A DNA stretch of 61,755 nt, the filler included, from Globobulimina sp. (taxonomy: Eukaryota), in assembly GCA_003354225.1 (NCBI GenBank). It is 20 parts of 20 records of this genome, joined end to end, with 100 filler letters (N's around TTAATTAATTAA, not from the genome) between each part and the next. Parts side by side here need not be neighbours in the genome. Positions count along the whole stretch, not along the records: positions 21,665 to 24,657 come from PIVH01004096.1; positions 24,758 to 27,750 come from PIVH01004097.1; positions 27,851 to 30,843 come from PIVH01004098.1; positions 30,944 to 33,935 come from PIVH01004099.1; positions 34,036 to 37,027 come from PIVH01004100.1; 15 more parts are not named here. The stretch is one strand, 5' to 3'. The notes beneath the pieces were generated by a model, which saw only the letters and a list, made by a program, of their open reading frames with translations, made no database searches and had not been told where the DNA came from. Shown here piece after piece: positions 22,136-34,911 of this stretch. A program made the position numbers and the translations under genes. Position 1 is the first letter of the stretch. Each line of letters opens with the position of its first letter.

Positions 22136-23598
22136 ATGATGTCGCGACAAACTAACAACAAAGGAAGGCAAAACTCTCAACGCGTCACCTATATTGTAAG
22201 TGGTGCCTTCATTTGTTCCATTCTGGGATATTACTGTTATTCACAATTCACACAATCATCTAAAAGCCTCAACCCAATGTCAAAGACACTGCCAAAACCA
22301 CCAAACAACTCTCACAAAATAATAGTTAAATCAAATAAAATTCCACAGATTTTTCGAATGTATTTTAATTTCCTCAATAAAATATTGACAAAAAACGCAG
22401 CACACTAAAATCTGGAAGATCAGGTCCAATAAAAAGTTATCACTGGATGCTTGTTTACAAAATCCATCCATCGCCGAAGCAGCAAATGCATTGCGAAATG
22501 GTGAGATAATTGCGTTTCCCACAGAAACTGTCTACGGTTTGGGCTCGAATGCGTTTTCCAACAAAGCAACGAATAAAATATTTCTCGCCAAAGGAAGACC
22601 AAACGACAATCCATTAATTGTTCATATTTCGGAAATAAAGCAACTGCATCAATGGATATTAAATAAATCGGCTGTTCTAAACCCAATAATTGACAAATTA
22701 ATGGACTCCTTTTGGCCCGGCCCATTATCCATTGTACTGCCATATATTTGCGATAATAAAGAAAGTGATATGGATTCAACGAATATCATCTGTTCCACAG
22801 TGAGAGGCGCAGGCAAATTGCAGTCGGTTGCTGTCAGAATGCCGTGTAATAACATTGCCAGAGCTTTGATATCGCTCTCTCGCTGTCCCATAGCTGCGCC
22901 CTCCGCCAACATATCGGGCAGACCCTCGCCAACCAACAGCAAACATGTCATAATTCATAAATGATATGGATGGCCGCATTTACGGCATATTGGATTGTGG
23001 AGAGACAAAGAGTTGTGACATTGGACTGGAATCCACTGTGATTAAAATGGATGAGATGAATAACAGACTCATCATATTGCGGCCCGGCGGCATCACAAAG
23101 GATATGATGCGTTGTGTGGTGGGAAAGTATGGCGTTGACATTAAATATGCAAAGGAGCTAAAAAAGGGAAGTGGCATTGTTGAGGCTCCGGGGATGAAAT
23201 ACAGGCACTATGCACCAAAGAAACCCTTGTTTTTAGTGGCTGATATTGGTTTATTTGGCGATATGTATTGGTTTTATAAATTAAAGAATGAGATTGAAAA
23301 TGTTGTGTTTATCATAACAACGCAAAATGTCCTGGCTCAAAAATGCAAAGAGAATAAAAATATATTATTGATTGGCGATGGCGACAATTTAAATGAGATT
23401 GCTTCCAATTTGTTTATTATTTTACGCAAAATTGACGACGAGGAGCAATACAAAAATACAAAGTTAATATTTTGCCAAGTGTTTAAGCAATGTGATATCG
23501 GAGTGGCTGTTATGAACCGATTAAGCAAAGCGGCGCAATCAAATAAAATTATAAGAAACCTGCTTGATTTGCAAACCATTGCTTGTTTGAATGAATAA
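22136..23598 (+). CDS. SUA5: Threonylcarbamoyl-AMP synthase Sua5 (YrdC plus SUA5 domains); intron 22325-22400; 7-bp duplication frameshift at 22948-22954
   Basis: Motifs IAFPTETVYGLG, KGRPNDNPLIVH, FWPGPLS, AAPSANISGRPSPT, GLESTV, LRPGG, APGMKYRHYAP and AVMNRLSKAA. Confidence 0.93.
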
Positions 23599-23656
23599 TG
23601 AATTGTTCACAAAGTGTTTGAATTTATTGCGGAAGGGTTAGAAAGTCCGAATCATG

Positions 23657-24506
23657 TCAATGAACATATTTATTTAAATGGTCAGTTTGTTCACATATTT
23701 CCACATTTATACTGTCAACATTCCCTTGTTTTAAACCAAAGTTTGTTTCGTCATCGCGGTCATCTTGATCAACAACTTGTGATTCGATGCCATTTTCATT
23801 ATTTGTGAACTCCTTTTTTACAGTGTTCCAAAATATTGTCCATTGTTTGCAATATGACAAACTTAAAACCTTATTTATTGGTTGAAATTGCATAACACAG
23901 CATATTGAATTTATCACCAAATCTAAAATTAAAAATATGGGAGAAGCGCCATCAATTAATGCAGCGAGTATTGTTGCAATCAGCGTAGATAGAATAGCAA
24001 TGACTGACCATTTTACAATTCTATTCAATGTCATTTTAACTGATTTTTCAATGTTTCTATATTTCCATAAACCAAAAAAATAAGAAAACTACAGAATAAA
24101 TTAAATCGATTCCACCATAAATTGGGACAAAATGTTTTAAAGCATATGGGCTGAAATTGCATCGATTGTCATCAATCTCAGCCAATGGCTCGATAATTAT
24201 GGCAAAAATGATGAAACACAGACCAATAACAACGATGATAAAGGAAAATATATAAAATGCAAACCATTTCAGGGCAGCAGATGTTTGTTGTACATCAGAC
24301 TGACTTTGCAGTTGCGACTTTAATCGAAATAAAATAAATTGATAATTGCATATCTTGTGGCAAACAGTGAGTAGAACAGCAATAATCATTGGAATATTGC
24401 ATGATTTTAACGAATGGCCATAAACAAAGCATATCACACAAAATCTATTCATTAATACCAACAATCCGAATATCAATACACCAATTGATAAAGTTCGCGT
24501 ATTCAA
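23657..24506 (-). CDS. Multi-pass (7TM/GPCR-like) membrane protein; apparent homopolymer frameshift near 24075
   Basis: Two adjacent hydrophobic ORFs join in frame if one T is removed from a T7 run. Confidence 0.55.
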
Positions 24507-25127
24507 CCGTTTAAGGTATTGTATTACGGTTATTTACATATAAAATCTCCGTCTATTTGTATGCATAAAACGAAAAGTTTTGATTCTTTGCAGCTAAAAT
24601 ATTAATAAATAGTGGCTGCATTACCGTCTCTCCAATTTGAATGCTCAAACATTTCGCNNNNNNNNNNNNNNNNNNNNNNNNNNNNNNNNNNNNNNNNNNN
24701 NTTAATTAATTAANNNNNNNNNNNNNNNNNNNNNNNNNNNNNNNNNNNNNNNNNNNNCATACGGGTATTCTCGAAGTTTTGTGATAAAGTCTAATTGTTT
24801 TTGTTTTATGTTGTACCATAAGATAGAAATATATATATGATACTAAACTATATATGGCAGCGAGAGAATGATGATAAGAGATAGGTAATGCCACATAATT
24901 TGCTGTTTGAGTCACGTGATAGGATGTTGCAATCCGAAAATGTTATTTTAGTGAAAATGTTTGAAGCTCGTCATGACCATAAGATTTCTACGATTATGTG
25001 AGCCAATCAACAAACTTTAAACAAATAAATTGTAATTGATCGAATTGGAGGCAAATATAAATATTAAATTATATATAATTTTATGAATGGAATATCTATT
25101 ATGTTTGCTTGCAATGGAAATAGATAT

Positions 25128-25637
25128 TCATAATGCAGTAAACGTGAAATAATCCCGGTGTTGAGTTATTAGGGTATCATTTGAAATTATTTTACTTTTG
25201 TTCTTGTTCCCAAATAAACTATACATTGCCACACCAATTGCAAATATTAGAAATGTATACAATGCATACATTCGAATATTACTAGCTTGTAATTGCAATT
25301 GCATTGGCGGGAAATTATCCGATTTATACTGTTGGTTGACAGTGCATGGATTTGTTTCATCTGTTTCCTCATTTATTGCATCATCATCATCTGTTTTATG
25401 TATCCAAATACATCCTGGATCATCTTTGCATTACACCCATTCAGTTCTACGACATGCATTATGCGATGAAAGCCATGAACATTGGCGAAATATATTACCA
25501 GCTTCATCATATTTCAACTCACCGGCTGCTTCACATTCAGATTGTGTTTGAGGGCAAGTACATGATCCTGCATCACAGCCTGAGCTATTGTAATAAATGC
25601 TTAATAATATCAATGACAGAACTGAAAAACATGCCAT
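25128..25637 (-). pseudogene. Small Cys-rich signal-peptide plus single-TM protein with an in-frame TAA at 25431-25433
   Basis: MACFSVLSLILL...CRRTEWV*CKDDPGCIW...ALYTFLIFAIGVAMYSLF; the same frame stays open for about 100 codons after the stop. Confidence 0.6.
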
Positions 25638-25699
25638 CTTTATCTTTCTCAACTTAATCCACTAACTTACTTCAAAATTTACTTAACTCCATTAACTAG

Positions 25700-27256
25700 A
25701 TGGTAAGCATTGCCTGTAAAGATTGCCATTGGGAGGCATATACTATAAATGGTTCGACCTGGCGTACATCCGGCACCGTAAAAAGATATCCTAGCTTATA
25801 TTGTGATTCATGTTGTGGCGGTTCACATTCTTTATGGTCGTGGTCTGGAAATATTGTTAAATATGAATGCCGAGGCTGTAGCAATGTTCTTTATCCGGTT
25901 GAATGGTCCGATTGGAGAGCAAGACCAAAATCTGTATATTATGGTCGATGTAGTAGCTGTAAATCTGCAAAAGAAACAAAAGAGCGAATAGAACGAGAAC
26001 GAAGAGAAGCAGCAGCTAAAGCAGAACGATTAAGAACTGCTAAAGACAAAGCTGAATATTGTCCAGAGCATTATTCGTTTAGTTGTAATGATTGGGCCGA
26101 TGTTAATTATTCAATTGATTCACATAATTTCGTATGGAGTAAATGTATCATTAATTGTAAAGCCAAACGACATTCTGTATATTATAAACCTGATTTTAAT
26201 AATTCATCACATTTATCAGCTGGCCATTATCATCAAGAAATTACAAATAAATTAGCACTCTCTGAATGTCAACAATGTAAACGAGACACTGCCAACGCAG
26301 CTGCATTGGCCGCCGCATCTAAAACCGCTGAAGCAAAAATTAGCGCATTATCCACAGACGAGATGAATTTAGAAAATATGCTGAATCAATGCACAGCGAC
26401 AGAAGCTACAGAATCTAAAACCGATTCAAGTGCTGCAATACGTGATATTGAGAAAAAAGAGAAGGAGATAACGGATTCAATTCTCCTGTTTCAAACTGTG
26501 AAGGCTGAAATATATACAGCTCAACAAGAAAATAATGCAACTATCGGAAATATTGAGGCAACACCAACCTATACATCAGAAGCTGAATTAGATGCCGCTG
26601 TGGCTACATTACAGCGTATGCAGCAGAAATGTGCTCAAAGCAAAGCAAAATTACATGACCAAATTGAAGATGCGAATAAGCGCGAAGTTGATTTGTTAGA
26701 TGAACAAAATAAGGTAAATGCGGAAACGCGACAAAAATTACAGGAACAGAATAAGTTAAATGATATACGGTCGAGAATCAGTTCCGCCAAATCAAAGTTA
26801 ACTGGATTTAGCGGCGCTGAACTTAATGCGAAAGGCGATGAAATTAAAAAATTGAATAAACGGTTTGATAATTTATTGATTAGTATGCAGGGCAAATATA
26901 AGGATAATAAACAAAGAATTGATGAATTAACACTTTGTCAAAAAAGAATGAAGAAAATTGGCGCAATAATAAAGCGAGAAAAATCTGATTGTTTATATTT
27001 GATACAATTATTAAATGCTGAATGTGAAAGAATTAGTGCTGCGACGGATGATGCAATGGATAAATTCGAAGAAAAAACCAATTATTTTTTGTCTGTCACT
27101 GTTGGTCTAAAACAAGATTTGGTGGAGCAATTAATTGATTTTGATTTAGAAGATATCGCAAATTTAACCAAAGATGAGTTAGTTAACGATTTCAATATTG
27201 ATAAAGCGTCGTTACCCAAACTATTACGATGTATTAAGAAGCTACAAACAAATTAG
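25700..27256 (+). CDS. Protein with N-terminal Cys-pair (zinc-binding-like) repeats, a long coiled coil and a C-terminal SAM-like region
   Basis: 518-aa ORF with many CxxC pairs in the first ~200 aa, a heptad-rich middle and EDIANLTKDELVNDFNI near the end. Confidence 0.75.
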   Translation: MVSIACKDCHWEAYTINGSTWRTSGTVKRYPSLYCDSCCGGSHSLWSWSGNIVKYECRGCSNVLYPVEWSDWRARPKSVYYGRCSSCKSAKETKERIERERREAAAKAERLRTAKDKAEYCPEHYSFSCNDWADVNYSIDSHNFVWSKCIINCKAKRHSVYYKPDFNNSSHLSAGHYHQEITNKLALSECQQCKRDTANAAALAAASKTAEAKISALSTDEMNLENMLNQCTATEATESKTDSSAAIRDIEKKEKEITDSILLFQTVKAEIYTAQQENNATIGNIEATPTYTSEAELDAAVATLQRMQQKCAQSKAKLHDQIEDANKREVDLLDEQNKVNAETRQKLQEQNKLNDIRSRISSAKSKLTGFSGAELNAKGDEIKKLNKRFDNLLISMQGKYKDNKQRIDELTLCQKRMKKIGAIIKREKSDCLYLIQLLNAECERISAATDDAMDKFEEKTNYFLSVTVGLKQDLVEQLIDFDLEDIANLTKDELVNDFNIDKASLPKLLRCIKKLQTN

Positions 27257-27850
27257 GCTTATTTTATTCAATCAAAACCTATCCAAAAGTAGCCGTCATT
27301 GGAGCACTCCACAAAATACATAAAGGCCGACCATTTTCGTGGCGACCCGTACTTTGTTTAGGTAGCCATCCTTCAAATTTCTTTCAAACAGTTTTAAATA
27401 AGAAACTAAATGGATATCTTGCAATTTTTCGCTATCACACAAATTATAACATTATTTTAGAGAATTCCTACCAACTTAAAAATGATTTGAATCACATCAA
27501 AGAAAATTATATATTTATTAATCATGAAATTATCCAAAGAGCCAGCGATGTATCAAAATTATATGAATCATTAGGTTTATGTGACATTGTTACCGCTGTT
27601 CAATGGCTGATGGATTTTATTAAAATAAATAAGTTATGCTATGCATGTCGTTCCTTTTCAGTTTTACTACATTATTACTTTACAGCCATATGATTTCTAT
27701 AATGGAGTATATCTCAATAAAATTTTTTAATAAATCACATAAATTCTATTNNNNNNNNNNNNNNNNNNNNNNNNNNNNNNNNNNNNNNNNNNNNTTAATT
27801 AATTAANNNNNNNNNNNNNNNNNNNNNNNNNNNNNNNNNNNNNNNNNNNN

Positions 27851-28133
27851 GTTAAAGGAAGAGGTGAAGCAATTGAAAGATGGCAATGATCATAGCAATA
27901 ATAATGAGTATGTGGTTATGGATGAGTCTGACTCTCAGGAAGTCAGGGAATGGTTAATGAAAACAGTTAAATTACCAAATTATTATGACTTATTCATACA
28001 AAATGGATTTAACTCATTGCAAGTTATAAAAGAAATTAATGATAAAAATGATTTGAGATATATTGGAATAAAAATGAAAGCACATCAAATTATGATAATG
28101 AATAAGATAAAGCTGTTAAAGAAACAGAAATAA
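27851..28133 (+). CDS. C-terminal SAM-domain fragment
   Basis: VREWL..VKLPNYYDLFIQNGF...DLRYIGIKMKAHQ. Confidence 0.8.
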
Positions 28134-28651
28134 TCATTTTTTTTGAAATATTTTAAATATATCAACACTTAACGATTTTAACGACCTGAGCGTACGTTCA
28201 TGATAAAAAGTCATTTGTCACAGTTACCAAATCCTAGAACGCAGGACTTCGAAGATTTTTTGTGTGTGTGTTCAGTGACTTCAGTCTGTGTGTGTGTTCC
28301 GGAGTGCCAGCCAATAAATCTGCAGCGAATTCAAACTTATCAATATTCATCATACAGCTTTCGTAACATAATATGTTATACAGAGCAACATAATATGTTA
28401 GTTATTCATATAAAACTTCAGAATTGAAGTTTCTCTTTTACAGAGTATCTGATTGATACAATACAAGTGCAATACAACAAAGCAAAAGTCAAGCAAAATG
28501 ACGCAAGAGTTAGTGTGGTCATACCTACTATCAAATGAAAACTGTGAACAAAATGGCAAGCTAAAAAAACGCAACAGTTGCTGTATCGTATTTTTCTGTC
28601 TTATTCTGACATTTAAGTCGTGTGTTAACCAACCCGCCATAAATAAGCAAA

Positions 28652-30843
28652 ATGAGGAATATATTTTTATTGATGAGGAAAAGTCTGAAAGAAGATTTAA
28701 GGAGAAGCAAAGGACTCGCCTGCGAGATGCTATTCCCAGTGGTCGTTTTTTTATTATTTGCATTAATACGAACATTAATCAACAAAAAAGAAGTGGCAAT
28801 AAATTATGCAGACAGCCCTGGTGAAAAAATATTGGTTGACTATGATTATAAATCGATTAATGACACAAGCAAAGCATATCAAGATATCGCCCGTTTAATC
28901 TGTGCGAAGCCAGACTTCCGATCACTAGATTTGGGTTTTTATCCTGCATCATATTTAGCAATAATTCCATCGCCAGAGAGCAATGATAAAGTCAGACACA
29001 TTGTGGATGAGATGCAGAATTATTGGGATATATCCAAATTAAAATGGGATCAGAGCATTTGTAATGATCCAATTTACTCTCTCTTTTATTACAGTTGCAG
29101 AGCTGAATGCAAATATGATGAGTTAGAATTTACTGAAGGGTCAATTTTAAAATATTTTAATTCCGACGAAGAATTATCACAATATCTTAATGATGCTAAA
29201 TATAGCAGCTTTTCATGGGACCCAACCAATACAAATGATGATGGCATTCGACCGATTGGTTTTGCCGTTGTTTTTGATGAATACGACGATTGGAATGCAA
29301 TTACATATACGTTGAGAGGCAATGCTTCGTCGGTCCCCACCACTGAAGGTCCCACAGTTAATATATTTGAAAAGAATTTTGCTGCGTTATATTATAGTGG
29401 GTATCGACTATATTATGAAAACGGATTGGTACACATTCAAAATTTGATAAACCAAATAATTACGGAAAAAATAGCAAATTTAAATAATATAAATAGAGAA
29501 GAATACCAATTCCAATATGGGATATATCCAATGCCAACAGGTGCATATTTATCAGATGATTTCTATAAGGTCTTAGCGGGAATGTTGCCATTTATGATGA
29601 TATTAGCATTTATTTATCCATACTTTGTAATTACTGGTTCTGTGGTCGAGGAGAAATCCGCCAAAATCAAAGAGGGATTGAGAATGATGGGTGCTTCAAC
29701 TACATCATATTGGGTATCACTGTATGGTTATTTTGGGTTAAAATTCCTAATTATTGCATTTTTATGTACATTTACTTCGTGGTTAACCAATGTATTTGAA
29801 TTTAGTGATTTTATTATAGTTTTTATTTGGTTTACATTATTCTTATTCACTTTGCTGACTTCGGCAATTCTGTTTTCTACGTTTTTTGATAATAAAAAAA
29901 CCGCATCTATGGTGAGTTCCATCTTTCTGTTGACATTATATTTTTTGAGTGCTGCCGCCGATTCGATGGATAAGGAATCGCAGAAAGTATATTTATGTTT
30001 ATCTGGCCCTGCGTGCTTTGCAATGAGTACAAGTAATTTTGGTAAATATGAAGAAGGTCTTATCGGTTTACAATGGGATAATATTTACGATGAATATCAA
30101 TATTTTAAATTTAGCACTGGTTTAATTATGATGGCGGTGGATTGTATTATTTATATTATTTTAGCAATGTATTTCGATCGAGTGATGCCGTCCAAATATG
30201 GACAGCGTTTACCGCCATATTTTATATTTCAACAAAGTTTTTGGTGTCAAAAAACGGAAAATAACAAAATAAGTTCAGAAAAAGAAGCTATTCTGAAATC
30301 AAAGAAATATGAAAAAGTTTAGTTTACTCATCACAGTTTTTCCGTGTTGTTTGTTTTACATTTTTGTGATTAGATTGATAAAAAGGAGGTACCTTCCATA
30401 CAAGTTCGCAATTTAAAGAAGGTATTTTCAACCGGTTTTAATTCCGAACCACTGGTGGCTGTGAATGGTACTTCTTTCGATATCTATGAAAATGAGATAT
30501 TTTGTTTATTGGGTCATAACGGTGCCGGAAAGACAACAACCATATCAATGTTGACTGGTATGTTAAATATTACATCCGGTTCAGCTAAGATTAATGGTAA
30601 AGACGTAGCCACTGAAATGTCACAAATCAGACAATCTTTGGGGTAAATGAGTTTTTTTTATATTTATAATATTTATTAATATTTATATTTGTAATAATTA
30701 ATAAATAGTGTATGTGTTCAACATGACGTGTTATGGCCAACGTTAACGGTGCAAGAGCATTTAACATTATTTGCAAACTTAAAAGGCGTGGCCAAAAATA
30801 AAGTTCAGCAAGAAGTCGACGCCATGATTGCGTCTGTAAAAAT
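28652..30843 (+). CDS. ABCA-subfamily ABC transporter, 3' partial
   Basis: VEEKSAKIKEGLRMMG, YFDRVMPSKYG, Walker A GHNGAGKTT and LGVCVQHDVLW; introns 30317-30373 and 30643-30708 restore the frame. Confidence 0.93.
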
Positions 30844-30943
30844 NNNNNNNNNNNNNNNNNNNNNNNNNNNNNNNNNNNNNNNNNNNNTTAATTAATTAAN
30901 NNNNNNNNNNNNNNNNNNNNNNNNNNNNNNNNNNNNNNNNNNN

Positions 30944-32230
30944 TAATATTTTGTCAGTGTGGGTTTAAATTCCAATATCAAAAAAAGTGAATTTAAGCGG
31001 AAACATTTAAATATAATAATTGTATTAGATAGATCCGGTTCGATGTGGTGCAAAATGCCAAATGAATATGGTTCGTCAAATAATTCCCGAATGGAAGTGG
31101 CGAATCAAGCGTCTCTTGCTTTGTTAAAACATTTGACTCCGAGAGATAGGTTTGGATTTATTGCGTTTGATGACAAAGTAGAGGTCATTCAAAAGTTACA
31201 ATTAGTGGGCGATATTAATATGGAAACAGTAACAAAGAAAATATTGAGTATCAAAGCTGGCGGAGCCAATGAGTTCTGCGATGCGTATAAAAAAGCAGTA
31301 AAATTCTATGATAAATTATTTAAAGATAATAATTACGATGTTAGCAGCGGTGAGTATGATAACCGTATTATGTTCATTACCGATGCACAAATTCATATTG
31401 GTTGCAGCGATCCGAATTTATTAAAATATGTTAAAAACGATGCTGAGAAAAGAGTGAAGAATCGAATTTATACTACTTTCATTGGAATTGGATTAGATTT
31501 TTATTCGCATTTATGTGAAGAGATAGCTTCATGTCGAGGCTGTAATTATTATTCTGTGAAAACTACAGACGATTTTATACTAAAAATGGACCAGGAATTC
31601 GAGTTTATGGTAACGCCGTTAGTGTTTAATGTGTGTTTGAAATTAAAATGTGAAGGAAATGTATGTGAAATTGAAAAAGTGTATCGAACAAAAGATAAAA
31701 AAGCGCAGCAAATTATGGAAAGTGGAGAAGTCACTAAAATCGGAACGTTATTTCCAACTTTAAAATCAAAAAAAAAAGGTGGTACCAAAGGGGGTATACA
31801 GTTAATAAAATTAAAAAAAAATACCAAGTTGTTGGATGATGACAATATGAATATTGAGTTAGAAGTAACGTATGAATGCAGAAATGGTAATAAGTATAAA
31901 AATTGCCAATTGGTTGTGTTTAACCCACCAAAATTAACATTGATAAATGATATGATCGACATTTATGATGATGATGATTTAGAAAACGATGAAAATGAAA
32001 ATTTTTATGATAATTTAGGAATTAGAAAAGGAATATTGTTATGCAAATATGTTTCGTTGATGAAAGATTGGATAAGTGAGCCAAAAAACGCTCAATATAA
32101 AAGAGTATTGTTTCCAAAATTTTTAAAACATTTTCAAAAAGAAATGAAATATTGTAATGATAAGGAATTACAAAAAGAAGTTGAAATTATGCAAAAAATC
32201 ATTGAAGAAGATATTATTGATGGAAATTAA
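30944..32230 (+). CDS. von Willebrand factor A domain protein, 5' partial
   Basis: MIDAS motif IVLDRSGSM, plus RIMFITDA and TTFIGIGLDF. Confidence 0.85.
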
Positions 32231-32362
32231 AATTATTCATTGTGTATTTGAATTAGTGTTCAGTTCAATTATTGCAAATTTTTTGATTGTTAGTTGATCG
32301 TCATTTTGTGCTGCGAAAATCGCAAAAAATTACTTTTTTCACTCGTGCAAACATTTTGAATC

Positions 32363-33523
32363 ATGGGCAACAACTTTAACGTAAGTTGCATTAGTTCACC
32401 ATCTGAAATGCCATCAAAATCAGATAGGTATACTATCAACACAGACTCAGCGATATCAACGCCTTTAATAAGCTTCCTATCGTCACCCTCATTTAATTTG
32501 ACAGTGTCAATATCATTACAAACATTGGAGCTTCAAAGCATTTTATCAAATTATTGCCCAGAAAATTCCATAATTAATCAAACCACGCCCAAACAATTTG
32601 TTGTTGAATGTGATCAACAAACAACGTTTTACACTGTTCTCAAACAATTATCTTTGACACATTTGCTCGAGATACATGCCATAAAGTTAATATTTGACAG
32701 TGCGCACTTTATAAATTATAATAATTTTATAATATAATTAATTAATTATAGGGTATGTATTGACGATGGAATAAATGATGCGATGGAAGTTGAGAATATT
32801 GGCGAAACCATACTGAATAATAAGAATAATAAGAATAATAATTCAGAACACGAGGTATCAAAAATAAGTGTACTACTTTGTGATAATTGGCATTCAAATA
32901 AATTAAATAAAATAAATCAAATTGATGCGTTAATCAATAATCTTATCACTGAAACAAAAATGCAATGTACTAAATTGAAAGAATGTAAATCTTTGGAGAT
33001 GTTGTGCCTTAAATATGACATAACAGCGAATGACATACGCTCTCGATTTGTAGATATCGATGCATTGATTGATATGCATGGCAATGATATTGCACATTTG
33101 GAGTGTTTAGTACTTCCATATCATAATATTAATAGGGATAAAAACCGAATGCTGAAGCAAGTGACGAGAAAGATAAATAAAATGGATTATGATTTACAAC
33201 ATATTGCATCAAAATGGCGCATTAAAAGCATGGAAATCGAGAAATATTTAGCAAATGCTTTGGATGAATATACTAAAAAAATATTGCGAAAATATAAATT
33301 GTGGAGCACAGAACAAGTCATATATTGGATACAATTTACATTAAAAAATGAAGTCATGTTCGATGAGACAGATATTGAAAATTTAAAAATAGCAAATATT
33401 GCTGGGATAAATCTAGATAATATGGATCGGGATATTCTGGAATTGGTTGGAATTGAAGATGAAATGTTACAAAATATAATCCTCGCATCTATACAAAATG
33501 TAATCATTGCATCCATACCGTGA
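32363..33523 (+). CDS. Hypothetical protein with C-terminal SAM-like domain, probably 2 exons
   Basis: MGN- start; AT-rich intron-like gap near 32700-32751; WSTEQVIYWI...NIAGINL...LELVGI. Confidence 0.6.
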
Positions 33524-34911
33524 CATGACACGAAATTAAATGGTTATTTGGAGTAAACCAAAAAAAAAGCCAAAAACGAGTACTAAACATAAACTGTACA
33601 CAAATTGTATTTAAAGTTAATAAGTTTACATTAGTTTCTTTTTGTTGTGTAAGTGTGTGTTTTCCTTCTTTTTTCTTCCTTTTTTTTTCTATTCTTTCTA
33701 CTTCGACGTTTTTTTTTCGAAAGCAGAACAACATACGCATTTGAACTCAGTTCTTTAAACAGATCAGACTGAGTTTAATAATTCAATATGACGGCGTCAG
33801 TAAAAACAATATGTAAGCCCTTTACTGAAATACCAAAATTATGGGATTTTTTATTTTCTTTTGGCTTTCATTTGAGTCCAGCGGCGCATATTATAGTTCA
33901 TAAAAAAGAGATTTTGTTGGAAACGGCACCAACATNNNNNNNNNNNNNNNNNNNNNNNNNNNNNNNNNNNNNNNNNNNNTTAATTAATTAANNNNNNNNN
34001 NNNNNNNNNNNNNNNNNNNNNNNNNNNNNNNNNNNATGCTGAACCTATTTTAGGGGTTGAACAATGGACGTATTGGATCCGACAGAAGGATCAACAACGA
34101 TGCTTCCTCTATAGCGGACACTTTCTGTGTTTATTTTACCATTTTATAACCAATCTCCATTCCATGGCTATAGACTGAAAGAGAAGAACTGAAAAGTTTT
34201 TTGTTTTGGAGTATTATAATGAATATTTTCTTTCAATGGATGCCGTCCTCATAATCAAAATAGTCAATCACAGGTCGTATGAAACGAGAGGGAAAACTGG
34301 TACCAATTGGAATTATTATTATTTTACATGTTTTTTGATGGAACAAAATGGGGAAATTAATTCGGAATATAATAAAAAATAAGTGGAATTCCATTGGGAA
34401 TCGATTATATTATATTAACAAAAACAGGAATGAATATTTAATCAATATGTAAATAGAGAAAGAGTTATTTTGTGTGTGGTACTTCATGGTGAATAAAACA
34501 ATTTGTATTTGTTGGAGCTTTTAAATTGGATGCATATCAAAACATTTTTGAGAAAAGTTTTATTTCTGAAATAATAAAAAAACAAAGAACAAAAAAAGTA
34601 ATTTTGATTCTCAGCCAGTTCTGAGCAAATCACTCTCCTGTAGTCGCTCTTGACAGTCATAATGTCGTCAAACAAGCAATCTAAATAGACCCCCAACCAG
34701 CACCCACCTTCACACCCGCACCGACCACCGCACCCACCCCACCTACGCACCCACCAATGAAACAATGAAACTTTCGGCGATGACAATGAAACTTTTACGG
34801 CTTTAATAATAAATAAATAGTAAATATTAAAATATGAAAGAAATAAAAATATTTTTATAAACATACAAAACTGACAAAAACAAAGAAAAAGAAAAAAAGA
34901 AATAAATTAAA

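Noticed and set aside
25431-25433. Alternative genetic code (TAA read as Gln)
   Set aside because: Conserved genes end at TAA, TAG and TGA as expected, and long ORFs lack internal stops.
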